Shown: positions 29,601 to 41,473, counted from the first letter of the stretch. The stretch is 64,000 nt of DNA from Octopus vulgaris (GCA_951406725.2 OX597814.1:104780001-104844000), one strand, 5' to 3'. Translations and numbers: made by a program. Notes: generated from the letters alone by a model not told the origin.

Positions 29601-31720
29601 AAATATAAAGTAAGCTATGTAAGTGGAGTATAATCCAGAGGCTGAGAGAAAAACTTACTGGCTTTATGTCAAAATCAATAAAGATTTATTTATGAATGTG
29701 TATTTGTGAAGAAAGGATATATTTGAAAGAAGAACGCAGAAAAAAATTATATCCATCCATAAACGCATTCTTTAAATTAAATATACCAAGAAAATCAGGA
29801 CAGAAACATTTGAAAGTGCGGCGGTATTCGATTAAATTTCACTTAAAAGGAAGGATATTTCAGAACGAAATAATATAGAGCATCAAAACAAACATGTAAA
29901 TATGAATCTACTGATCGTGAGAGAGAGGGGAGGGGAAGAGAGCGTCTATAAAGGTAGAATATATTAAACAATGAAAGCAAATTTCAAGAAAAATAATATT
30001 CCAATAAGTGAAGGATTAATGATTTATTTAAAAACTTTCATATCGATTGTGGTGAAAGAATTTCATTTTTATTGAAAGACAGCGCAAGCGAGAAGAAAGA
30101 AAAGTTTATATTAATAAATCTAACAGCTTTGCTAGCCACCGTTTAATTTCATTAACTCCTCCTGATGGCTTTCCAGCTCTCATTCATTTATGTGTTTCTA
30201 TATTTATCAAAGCTACTTTTATGAGCTTTCTTAGACAAAGTAAATTACTTCATATGTGTATGCATGTATTTGTTGGTTTGTGTGTGTGTTTGTTTTTATG
30301 TACCTGTAAAAGAGAGAGAGAGAGCGAGAGAGAGAGATAGAGAGAGAAAGAGAGAGAGAGAGGGGGGAGGTAGCATGTCTGTGTGTGCGTGTCTGTTGTT
30401 AGTGTGCGTGTCCTTTACACAAACTAGGTTTATAGAGTACAGAATAAAGCCGCCATTGTTCAGGGAAATATTTGTTAAAGTATAACACTTTCATTAAAAC
30501 TTAATATTTATCTTCATTAAATTGATTTCGTTGTAGAAAGCCTGGAATTCTTTCTTTTATATTAGCGCTGATACAACAGGAAATTTAATTGGCAAAAACT
30601 GGCTTCAAATTTCTTTAGAGAAGCTCAAGCAACATTATTTGATGATATAAGAAAGCTATCGATTATTCCACGCAAAGATTACCGTTTTGGAATATGTTTA
30701 GCGATCTATATATAATATATACAATTGACGAAACGGTAGTCTTTACAAAGTTAGTTAGAGCAATTGTTAATATGGGGATAAATTGGAACTGTCGCCATTG
30801 TCAATTCCACCTCGATTCTGTGGATTTCAGAAAGCTTTATTGTCATTTCGATATTGTGTTTCATTCCTTTTACTGAATGATTTTACAATTAAAAAAAGAA
30901 ATACAAGGAAAATCAGTATCACACATGTAATATTACACATGTAGTGTAGTATACATGTGATTATAAATATTTTGTATCACGCATTTGTATTGCATATGTG
31001 TAATACAACACGGCTTGAGATGTGGTGTCATAAATAAATGACTTCTTTGCTAAAGTTTCCAGAGTTCAAATCCTAGTGTTGTTATGCTTTCTTTCCTCAA
31101 AGGCTTGGTCCCGCAAATATGGTCTTTAGTAGTAAAAAATTTACACCAGAGCCCGACGCTGCTTTACTATGAATGCATAACGTAAGTCCAAACATATTCA
31201 TAAACATACACAAACACACATATACGCGTATACATGCACACACACACGCGTATATACATGTATGTATATATATATATATACACATACATACATATATATG
31301 TGCATATATATATATATATATATACATGCACATACATACGCATATACATATAATATATATACCAAATGCATATGTATGTAATTATGTATGTATGTATGTA
31401 TGTATGTATGTATGTATGCATGTATGTATGTATAGACGTATGTGTATGTGTGTGGTGGGGGCGGTGTTTGTGTGGTGTTTTATTGAAGCTAAAATGTCTT
31501 CACAAACAGTTAATCAGAGTTTCACGTAACTAATGATCGGTTACGGGAAACATTGAGTTACCGTTTGCGAAATATTTCAGCTTCAGTAAAATACTAGTTT
31601 CCTCTGTCTTTGGTATTTTATTGCTATTTTCGCCATCATACACACACATATATGTATATGTGTGTGTGTGTGTAACACTCTGAATTTCTTATATATATAT
31701 ATATATATACATACACACAC

Positions 31721-31923
31721 TATGGGGTTCTTGGATTTAAGGGTGTCGCAGAAGACCTGACTGGAGGCCCAACCCTCTGAGATGTTTTACAGAGCTTACA
31801 AAGGCTGAGAGCCCGCTGTAATAAGTGAGTCTGAGATGGGATTATGTTGAATAAAATCATAATTAACTGATCCTCCTGTATTTTATTTTTCCCAAAGCCA
31901 AGAATTTTTTAGCACTCTCTCGT
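31721..31923 (-). mobile_element. Mariner-derived MITE, diverged copy
   Basis: Reverse complement of the element at 33457 (shared GTTGAATAAAATCATAATTA.CTGATCCTCCTGTATTTT). Confidence 0.7.
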
Positions 31924-31939
31924 GTTTCTATATATACAC

Positions 31940-32003
<64 letters not shown>

Positions 32004-32172
32004 ACATATGTATGTGCATGTATATTCACACATATATATTTCTATTTTTATGTATATGTCTATGTGCGGTTGCGGGGAACTGAGATCTGCAACAATGAAT
32101 CGGTGACAATATCGATAATAGTGATGACTTGATTTGATACACACACATACACACACTCACACACACACACAA

Positions 32173-32228
<56 letters not shown>

Positions 32229-32263
32229 GTATATATATGTATATATATGTATATATGTATATA

Positions 32264-32679
32264 GGCGCAGGAGTGGCTGTGTGGTAAGTAGCTTGTTTAC
32301 CAACCACATGGTTCCCGGTTCAGTCACACTGCGTGGCATCTTGGGCAAGTGTCTTCTACTATAGCCTCGGGCCGATTAAAGCCTTGTGAGTGGATTTGGT
32401 AGACGGAAACTGAAAGAAGCCCGTCGTATATATGTATATATGTATATATATATGCGTGTGTGTGTTTGTGTGTCTATGTTTGTCCCCCTAGCATTGCTTG
32501 ACAACCGATGCTGGTGTGTTTATGTCCCCGTTACTTAGCGGTTCGGCAAAAGAGACCGATAGAATAAGTACTGGGCTTACAAAAGAATAAGTTCCGGGGT
32601 CGAATTGCTCGATTAAAGGCGGTGCTCCAGCATGGCCGCAGTCAAAATGACTGAAACAAGTAAAAGAGTAAAAAGAGAG
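32264..32679 (+). mobile_element. SINE family B, full length (CORE-SINE, OR2-like)
   Basis: A-box TGGCTGTGTGG, B-box GGTTCAGTC, CORE-like CTTGGGCAAGTGTCTT, internal (TA)/(TG) tract, tail GGCGGTGCTCCAGCATGGCCGCAGTCAAAATGACTGAAACAAG followed by TAAAAGAG repeats. Confidence 0.9.
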
Positions 32680-32684
32680 TATAT

Positions 32685-32979
32685 ATCACAATGATCACCG
32701 TGACCGACCAGGCTATCAGATGTTGCTACACATCGCTGGTCACAATACGGTTCGCATTGTTTTAGCCTTCAAAGGACGCCACCCTACTGGCTAAGCGAGC
32801 AGGCCAACAGAAGAAAGAGTGAGAGAAAGTTGTGGCGAAAGAGTACGGCAGGGATCGCCACCAGCCCCTGCCGGAGCCTCGTGGAGCTTTAGGTGTTTTC
32901 GCTCAATAAACACTCACAACGCCCGGTCTGGGAATCGAAACCGCGAGTCCGCTGCCCTAACCAGTGGACCATTGCGCCT

Positions 32980-32982
<3 letters not shown>
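32685..32982 (-). mobile_element. SINE family C (tail type 3)
   Basis: Head TGGAGGCGCAATGGTCCACTGGTTAGGGCAGCGGACTCGCGG; tail unlike types 1 and 2. Confidence 0.88.
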
Positions 32983-33046
<64 letters not shown>

Positions 33047-33053
33047 TATATAC

Positions 33054-33089
<36 letters not shown>

Positions 33090-33456
33090 CACTAGCTCAC
33101 AATGTGTGATCTTGTATTTACGTAAAGAACCATTGTTAGACACCTGGTATCATAATTCATAGAACATCGTTCAACAGTGTCTTCCATAAAGCTAAGTTTA
33201 TGAACGAAGTAGTAACACTGTTGGATATCATTCTAATTATAAAGCGTTATTCATAGCAGCTTAACAGAATTAGAGTGACAATGACTTACTGTAATAAACT
33301 CTCTTGCTGTCTCTACATGAGAAACGCTTCTACAGAACACTTGTACTTTCTAATATCTGTAGATAACGTGAGATACTCAAAATATGCAATAATCAGACTT
33401 GTATTTAATCTGTTATGATATTATTGGAATTATTGCTCGTACTTCCGCAATATATA

Positions 33457-33672
33457 CGAGGAGTGTGGAAAAGTTCCTGTTATTGTGTAAAAGAAAATAC
33501 AGGAGGATCAGCTAATTATGATTTTATTCAACATTCTCCCCTCCCAGATTCATACATTCATTGCAGCTAATCTTCAGTTTTTTCTAAGGCCTGTACAAGG
33601 ATTCAGAAGGTTGGGTCTCCAACCAAGCCTTTCACGATATATTTTAAGCCTGGAACTTTTCAGCATCCCTCG
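33457..33672 (+). mobile_element. Mariner-derived MITE
   Basis: Imperfect TIRs CGAGGAGTGTGGAAAAGTTCC / GGAACTTTTCAGCATCCCTCG, TA flanks. Confidence 0.8.
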
Positions 33673-33687
33673 TATATATATAAATAA

Positions 33688-33856
33688 CCATGGAATTACA
33701 GCTAGAAAGTTCCTCTCCGAAGTACAAGTCCAGGCAAGTTTGTTTTGTGGAAGACCAGCTGTCGCCCATGCAGACCAGTGTCCCCCTCACTACGCCACCG
33801 ATGTTGTCCTAGGGGAGGGCAGAGCCTGGCACCAGTGACGACGCTGCCCTCATTTG
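33688..33856 (-). mobile_element. Fragment of a fourth SINE or RTE-related repeat
   Basis: GGAAGACCAGCTGTCGCCCATGCA...ACGCCACCGATGTT motif resembling cephalopod/shark SINE bodies (recalled). Confidence 0.5.
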
Positions 33857-33861
33857 CGAGG

Positions 33862-34525
33862 TGGATTCATTCAGATCTCTTGACAGGAGGAGATCCATTT
33901 GTGTTTTGAAGACACATCCACCCGATGTGAGTCCCTCAGTCCTTTTAGGAAGGTACTGAAAAGCAGTGGGCCTTGAAATCCAAGTCGTTGCACAATCTGC
34001 TCTTGTATCTTGATAACGATGTTAGGATCTTTCGTGCTATGCAGTGACGCCCAGTTCTGCTTCATGTGTAGCTTTCAATGCTAAAGTTTAGTACAAATCT
34101 TTTCAGGATTTCCCAGATGTGTATCACTGCATACCTTCTATCTAGGGAGTAAAGACGTAACTTTTTAGGGCTTTCCCAATAGCTAACCTGTCGCACAGAG
34201 ACAATCTTCCTTGTGTAGCTTCGCTAGATTGCTTCCAGTTCCGTTATGTTTACTATGCGTGATGACTATAGTTAGGAGCAGTATTCTAAGCGGATAAGAA
34301 CAAACTAAAGCGGCTAAGAACATAATGGTTCTCAAGAGAACCATTATGATTTCTCGTTCTTTCGTTCTGAATGTTCTAAGGATCCATCGAGCCTGATGCC
34401 TATATTTTATTGCCAACTTAGTAATATGCAACTCTGGAAAAATACATCATTACTCATGTTAATACCCAGGTCACATACTAATTTTGATTCGGAGATTACA
34501 ATCCCTCCTGGATCAGTCTATACCC
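33862..34525 (-). mobile_element. CR1-clade LINE 3' relic
   Basis: WILRTFRTKERE, LGFQGPLLFS..KGLRD; homologous to the copy at 39772-41265. Confidence 0.85.
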
Positions 34526-34701
34526 ATCAGCAGTTATACATTCTTGATACGCGTTTTCAAATTTACGTATACACGCCAGCGATTATATTTCTGGCGTATA
34601 CACACACACGTTTCTAATACATACGTAGATTTTCGATATACATCATTGGTTATACATTCGTCGTACATGCATCCGCACATATCCACAATATACGTCGCTA
34701 G

Positions 34702-34739
<38 letters not shown>

Positions 34740-34799
34740 CAATTGTTCGTTTGTTTTCCACCTGCCTTCGTCTTTTGTTTATTTTCATAAAGCTTCCCG

Positions 34800-34849
<50 letters not shown>

Positions 34850-34946
34850 ATATAAGTAATTACTTAAACTTTCCTCGAATGGGGCTTTTAGCCGAAAACT
34901 TGGTGAAATTAATGATTACTCCAAATTAATTGATTTCACCCTATAT

Positions 34947-34994
<48 letters not shown>

Positions 34995-35025
34995 AGGTTT
35001 GGAGATGATGTACAGGTATTATATA

Positions 35026-35154
35026 TTAGAAGAAATAAGGTAATCAGAAGATCGGATGGTTTATATTTACAGATGTTTATTTATATATGTAATATATAAA
35101 TAAATATCTGTAAATATAAACCATCCGATCTTCTGATTACCTCATTTCTTCTAA
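35026..35154. repeat. ~129-bp near-perfect palindrome
   Basis: TTAGAAGAAATAAGGTAATCAGAAGATCGGATGGTTTATATTTACAGAT... mirrored by ...ATCTGTAAATATAAACCATCCGATCTTCTGATTACCTCATTTCTTCTAA. Confidence 0.9.
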
Positions 35155-35166
35155 AATACATATATA

Positions 35167-36458
35167 CGAGGGGCGTTCAATAAGTAATGCCTCTGACCCA
35201 CTTCCCATAGCATTAGGGCAACGAAACTTGGCACATTTATTAGTCTTTTTCTACATAGGAACCACCCAGAGTTACGCATTTCTCCTATTGTTTGATGCAG
35301 CTCTGGAGACCGTTTTTGTAGAAGACCCCAGCTTGGTCCTCCAACCACGACATGACTTCAGAAATCAAGGCTGCATCATCTGGCAAACGCTTTCTTTTCA
35401 AAAACAACTTCATGGCTGGGAAGAGGTGAAAATCAGAGGGTGCAAGGTCAGGAGAATAGGGGGGATGGGGAGGAGTTCATAGCCGCACGCCTGTGCTTCT
35501 GATCTGACGACACGCAAGTTGTGGACCGGAGCGTTGTCCTGCAGGAGGAGGATGCTTTTGCTGATCTTGCTCCGCCTCTTGATTTTGATAGCTTCTCTTA
35601 ATTTCCTCAAAAGTGAAGCATAATAGGCTCCTGTAATTGTGGTACCCTTTGCCAGGAAATCTGTCATCACTACTCCGTCCTGGTCCCAGAAGACTGTGAG
35701 CATGACCTTGCCAGCGGAGAGCTGCACCCTTGCCTTCGTTGGAGGAGGTGAGTCACGGTGCTTCCACTGCATTGACTGAGTTTTGGTCTCTGGATCATAG
35801 TGATGGACCCAGGTTTCGTCCTGTGTAATCAGTCTTTTGAAAAATTTTGACTCATCTTCTTGGCACATCTCTAAATTCATCCTCGAGCACTCAACGCGTT
35901 CTTGCTTCTGGAAAGTTGTGAGTAACCTGGGAATCCATCTGGCTGACACCTTTTGCATATGCAAATGGTCATGAATGATAGTTTCCACAGACCCGGTACC
36001 AATCTTGACCTCATGGGCTATTTGGCAAATAATTATGCGTCGATCTTCCAAAATGGCAGCCTCAACTAGACGGGCCGATGCCTCATCAATGGCAGAAGGG
36101 GGGCGACCAGATCTGCGAGCTGTTTCCACAGAATTCTGACCATGTTTGAATTCACGATGCCAGCGTTTTACAAAGTCATATGATGGGGCATCATCACCAT
36201 AAGTTACTTTCATTTCATCAAAAGTCTCCCGTGGTGTGCGTCCTTTCAAATACAAAAACTGGATCACTGCTCGATACTCAACAGGCTCCATTTCACACTT
36301 GACTCAGTTCAAACACCTGTAAATCAGAAACTACAATTAGTTCAGAGCTGTAATTTGTCACTTAATCTATAGAAATATAAATAATTGCACATGCAAAATG
36401 TCAGCTAGATCAAACGACGGCAAGTGGGTCAGAGGCATTACTTATTGAACGCCCCTCG
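35167..36458 (-). mobile_element. Full-length mariner (DD34D, irritans-like), 1292 bp
   Basis: Perfect 37-bp TIRs CGAGGGGCGTTCAATAAGTAATGCCTCTGACCCACTT; TA TSD. Confidence 0.97.
35240..36291 (-). pseudogene. Mariner transposase with one frameshift and one premature stop near the C-terminus
   Basis: WIPRLL, TQDETW, QDNAPVH in frame; PPYSPDLAPSDFHLFP only after a frameshift at ~35465; Q*EKC (TAG where Trp is expected) before the native end YVEKD*. Confidence 0.93.
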
Positions 36459-36489
36459 TATATAGTAGAGATATGTTACAAAAAGAAAA

Positions 36490-36545
<56 letters not shown>

Positions 36546-36770
36546 GAAATATTAAAATTACTAAGTCTCTCTAAAAGAGAACAACGGCAGCGTTCCCGGA
36601 AAATATTAGTTATCGCCATACTAATGTGGCATTCTTATAAAAATAAGAATAAAGCTGTCCGCTTATTAGCTCCATGAGGCCATCGCCTTAAGTTAGCTAT
36701 TTGATACACAAACTGTATCCATATAACCTTTGAACAAGGAGGTCAGTCGCTCCACACTACTTGGCCGGCA

Positions 36771-36812
36771 GCTACAGACGCGTTTCGGGGTATTGCCCCT
36801 TTTCAATGCAGC
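36771..36812 (-). ncRNA. Minimal type-I hammerhead ribozyme (U3-A8 variant)
   Basis: Revcomp reads GCTGCA-TTGAAAA-GGGG-CAATA-CCCC-GAAA-CGCG-TC-TGTAGC. Confidence 0.78.
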
Positions 36813-37169
36813 GTAGCCAGACCAGTAGGTGTCGCTTCTGACAATCTCTGTTCAAAGGTTTTATTTACCTAGCTTCGGTGGAAACATCCACTTGTTTTCA
36901 ATAATAGAAATATTAAAATTACTAAGTCTCCTAAAAGAGAACAACGGCAGCGTTCCCGGAAAATATTAGTTATCGCCATACTAATATGGCATTCTTATAA
37001 AAATAAGAATAAAGCTGTCCGCTTATTAGCTCCATGAGGCCATCGCCTTAAGTTAGCTATTTGATACACAAACTGTATCCATATAACAAGTGGATGTATT
37101 CCACCGAAGCTAGGTAAATAAAACCTTCGAACAGAGATTGTCAGAAGCGACACCTACTGGTCTGGCTAC

Positions 37170-37211
37170 GCTGCATTGAAAAGGGGCAATACCCCGAAAC
37201 GCGTCTGTAGC
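37170..37211 (+). ncRNA. Minimal type-I hammerhead ribozyme (U3-A8 variant); predicted cleavage after 37205
   Basis: Stem I GCTGCA/TGTAGC, core TTGAAAA, stem II GGGG/CCCC, GAAA, palindromic ACGCGT stem III, GUC triplet. Confidence 0.8.
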
Positions 37212-37532
37212 TGCCGGCCAAGTAGTGTGGAGCGACTGACCTCCCTTGTTCAAAGGTTATATGGATACAGTTTGTGTATCAAATAGCTAACTTAAGGCGA
37301 TGACCTCATGGAGCTAATAAGCGGACAGCTTTATTCTTATTTTTATAAGAATGCCATATTAGTATGGCGATAACTAATATTTTCCGGGAACGCTGCCGTT
37401 GTTCTCTTTTAGAGAGACTTAGTAATTTTAATATTTCTATTATTGAAAACAAGTGGATGTATTCCACCGAAGCTAGGTAAATAAAACCTTTGAATAGAGA
37501 TTGTCAGAATCGACACCTACTGGTCTGGCTAC

Positions 37533-37574
37533 GCTGCATTGAAAAGGGGCAATACCCCGAAACGCGTCTGTAGC
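37533..37574 (+). ncRNA. Minimal type-I hammerhead ribozyme (U3-A8 variant); predicted cleavage after 37568
   Basis: Identical motif 363 nt downstream of the previous copy. Confidence 0.8.
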
Positions 37575-37736
37575 TGCCGGCCAAGTAGTGTGGAGCGACT
37601 GACCTCCCTTGTTCAAAGGTTATATGGATACTGTTTGTGTATCAAATAGCTAACTTAAGGCGATGGCCTCATGAAGCTAATAAACGGACAGCTTTATTCT
37701 TATTTTTATAAGAATGCCATATTAGTATGGCGATAA

Positions 37737-37794
<58 letters not shown>

Positions 37795-38454
37795 CCGTTT
37801 TATTCTTTCTTACCTCTTTCAATCAGTAGACTGCGGTCAGGCTGGGGCACCCGCCTTGAAAGCTTTACTCGAATGTACACAAATATATAGCTCAATTTAT
37901 GTACACAAATATAAAACATAAGTTACACCGAACCAACAGCACCATATGTAAATGGTCTCTCAGCCAATTAGGAAGACATAGCAGCCAAACCTTCGCCATC
38001 TCATATACTATCGTCCTAAGAAAAAGAAGGGCATACTGTATATGATTACCCATGATATAAACAGACGAGATGACCTAGACTCGAATATCTTAACATTTTC
38101 AGCTTGCTCTATCATGGCTGTGCTGAAGCTAAACAAACAGCGACAATTTATGTAAACCGATATTTAAACGTACATAAATATATTGTAATTAGTATGTTTT
38201 TATACACCCATTGCAGGTTCCAGTTGTGTTGAATATTATTCTAAGTAGCTCGTAATATATTTTATTGATTATAAAATCTTTAGACATTCGTACAGAGTTT
38301 CCAATCTTTTTTACACTCCCTTCTCCAGGGAATGTTTATATATTTGCCATACGCCGTAAAAATGGGCCCATTTAATGGCAACTTTGAAATTAATATATAT
38401 TTTATTGAAGAGACATTATAAAAAGAAAGCATACAAAAATATACGTCTGCGTGT

Positions 38455-38511
<57 letters not shown>

Positions 38512-38575
38512 TATAAGCACAAGCATTTGCGTTCACACACATGTATGTATGTAGGTACGTATAAACATATATGTG

Positions 38576-38618
<43 letters not shown>

Positions 38619-38980
38619 ACGTGTGTGTGTGCGTGCGTGTGTGTATGTATATATAAGTGTATATACAGAGTTTGACATATTATTACCGTGTGTTTATGTA
38701 ATTATAATGAGAATTTAAACTATCGTGTTTTAGCCACATTCTTGGGAATTTCCCGAAGCAAATAGTTTAGCAGCTATTCGTGTATGTGTGTGTGTGTTTG
38801 CTTGCGTATATAGATATATGTGTGTATAGATATCGTTATATGTTTGTATACAGTGTACACACAACATACAATGTCATATAAACAGACACCAACCAGTTCA
38901 TACGGATACACGCACAAATGTATTCAAACGCACACATATACACACACACATACACAAACGCGCACACATACACAAACCCG

Positions 38981-39041
<61 letters not shown>

Positions 39042-39279
39042 ATACATATATTATACGTACGACATGGACAACGCATAGAAAGTCAGGTATAATTTCACTG
39101 AGATAAATCTATATTAGTGTAGACACATGCCTTACAGTTAGTCTAAAATGTCTCTGGTAAAATCCTGAGACATATCCTTGGAGAATAAAAATGTGTCATT
39201 TAAATTCGGTGTAAATGTCAGAGCATCGGAACAAATATAAAAAAAATAAGAGAAAAAACAATGTATGCATATACAGCTA

Positions 39280-39325
39280 CGTATGTACGTATGTATGTAT
39301 GTATGTATGTATGTATGTATGTATG

Positions 39326-39356
<31 letters not shown>

Positions 39357-39715
39357 GTATGTGTGTGTGTGTGTATGTATGTATGTACGTATGTGTGTAT
39401 GTATGTATGTGTATATATGTATATATGTATATATGTATGTGTGTGTGTATGCATGCATGTATGTATGTATGTCATTGTTCAGTTTTATTTCAAGATTTCT
39501 TGCCAATAGAGAAAAAACCGGTTTCTAACCTAGATCCGAGGCTTCTTTATTGGAATTTCAACATCAACAACAGGGTATTTTTGTTTGTTTGTATGTATGT
39601 ATGTATGTATGTATGTATGTATGTATGTATGTATGTATGTATGTATGTATGCATGTATGTATGTTTGTATGTATGTATGTATGTATGTATGTATGGAGGT
39701 ATGTATGGATGTATG

Positions 39716-39748
<33 letters not shown>

Positions 39749-39755
39749 GTGTGTG
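39280..39755. repeat. Two (TATG)n microsatellite tracts separated by a short unique spacer
   Basis: Direct repeats. Confidence 0.9.
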
Positions 39756-39771
39756 CAGATTGTGTATTATT

Positions 39772-41265
39772 TTTTTCTTGTTTCAGCTCAGAGCTGCGGC
39801 CATGCTGATGCACCGCCGTTTTGTGCTACACTGTTGTTACGAAGATCCTCCTCTAATATGTGGCACTTGGTGAAGAATGGAGTTTGATATAGCTACTCTC
39901 ATTTGCACCTCTTGCCGTGAGGTAGGTTCATCTGGGACTCTTGACAGGAAGATGTCCAGCTTTGATTTAAAAACCGCTACATCTACTTTGTGCAAGTTCC
40001 TCAGACTCTTTGGGAGAATAACAAAAAGCTGTGGGCCCTTGAAACCCAGGCTGTTGCAGAAGCTTGTCCTGAAGCGTGATGGCATTGCTGGGATCTTTGG
40101 CACTATGCAGTGTCGTCTCGTTCTAGCATTGGTGTAGCTTACAATGCCAAAATTTGGCACAATTCCTTCCAGGATATTCCAGACATATATTACTGCATAC
40201 CTCTCCCGTCTTCTCTCCAGGGAGTAGAGTCTTAGCTGTTTCAACGCAGTAGCTGAGCAGTTGCAAAGAGACGATCTTCTTTGTGTATCTTCTCTGGATT
40301 GCTTCAACGTCCGCTGTTAATTTCACACTGGTGGGTGACCATAGCTGTGAGCAGTAATCCAGGCGGCTGAGGACGAATGTCCGCCAGAGGACCATCATGG
40401 CTTCCTTATCTCTGGTTCTGAATGTTCTTAGGATCCATCCATCCAGTCGTCTGCACTTTGTCGCCATCCTGGTAATGTGCACTTGGAAAGATGTATCCTC
40501 ACTCATGTCGTTACCCAGGTCCCTCACAGACTTAGGCTCTGGGATTGAAATTCCCTGTGGACCGGTGTATCCTGTAAGTTTAATATTCAGTTTAGGATGC
40601 TGGTAGCGCAGGGCCTGGAATTTTTCAGCATTAAACTGCATATTATTATCCTCAGCCCATCTGTAGATTGAGTCCAACTCCTGCTGCAGGTGTGCAACAT
40701 CGCTGGGGTTCTGTATTTTCTGCGAGACTTTCGTATCGTCTGCATAGCTTGCCAGAGTGGCTATCCGGGCATTTGAGGGCATATCTGAGAGGGCCACTAT
40801 AAAAAGCAGTGGTCCCAAGACAGTGCCCTGTGGAACACCACTCACTATTTGTGTGTTCATAGAGGTGGCTCCATTAACCACTACTGCCTGACTCCTATCT
40901 TTCAGGGAGTCATGTAACCACACTCCAAGTTTTCCAGCTATGCCGAGGTCACGCAGTTTGTGGCATATCATACCATGATCTACCTTGTCAAAAGCTTTTG
41001 CAAAATCAAGGTATATTACATCCACATTTGATTTGTTGAGTAACTGCCTCAACACCCAGTCATAATGTTGTAAGAGCTGGGTCAGGCAGCTCCTACCTGG
41101 TCGAAAACCATGCTGGGTATCACTCAGCAAGTTATTTTTTTCAAGGAATGCGATTAGTTTCTTTCTGACTATCCGTTCCATGACTTTGCTGATGTGTGAA
41201 GTCAGAGAGATAGGCCTATAGTTTTTGGCATCTGCTCTACTTCCCCCTTTATGTATTGGGCATAT
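39772..41265 (-). mobile_element. CR1-clade LINE, 5'-truncated, RT domain largely open, 3' UTR intact
   Basis: PIHKGG..NYRPISLTS, QHGFRPGRSCLTQLL, YLDFAKAFDKVDH, SGVPQGTVLGPLLF, YADDTK, RLDYCSQLWSP; frameshift at ~40250; 3' end GGCGGTGCATCAGCATGGCCGCAGCTCTGAGCTGAAACAAGAAAAAAA. Confidence 0.95.
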
Positions 41266-41473
41266 TATGTTGTTTAGTTTTATGTATATCTTCTCATGCA
41301 TATAGTTGCATATCTAGACACGCTCATATATATTTAAATGATAAACTTCTGGAAAGTTTTACAGATTTTTACAGTTCCAGTGATGGATTGGATCTGTTGT
41401 TCTCGAATTAGCTTTCTCCTTTCTGGTTTTGAGAAGCTTAATTTCTCAAGATTGGTATTTAGGCAGAGTTGTA

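Larger units (their letters stand above)
36541..37743. mobile_element. Tandem-plus-inverted array of ~361-363-bp hammerhead-containing units (retrozyme / Penelope pLTR-like)
   Basis: Unit 36541-36901 and partial 36902-37087, then inverted unit 37085-37447 and partial 37448-37743; only scattered differences between copies; (TA)n on both flanks. Confidence 0.9.

Noticed and set aside
34868-34900. GGCT-TTT-AGCC-GAAA hammerhead-like stem II
   Set aside because: The upstream core (CGAATGG) is too far from CUGANGA to call
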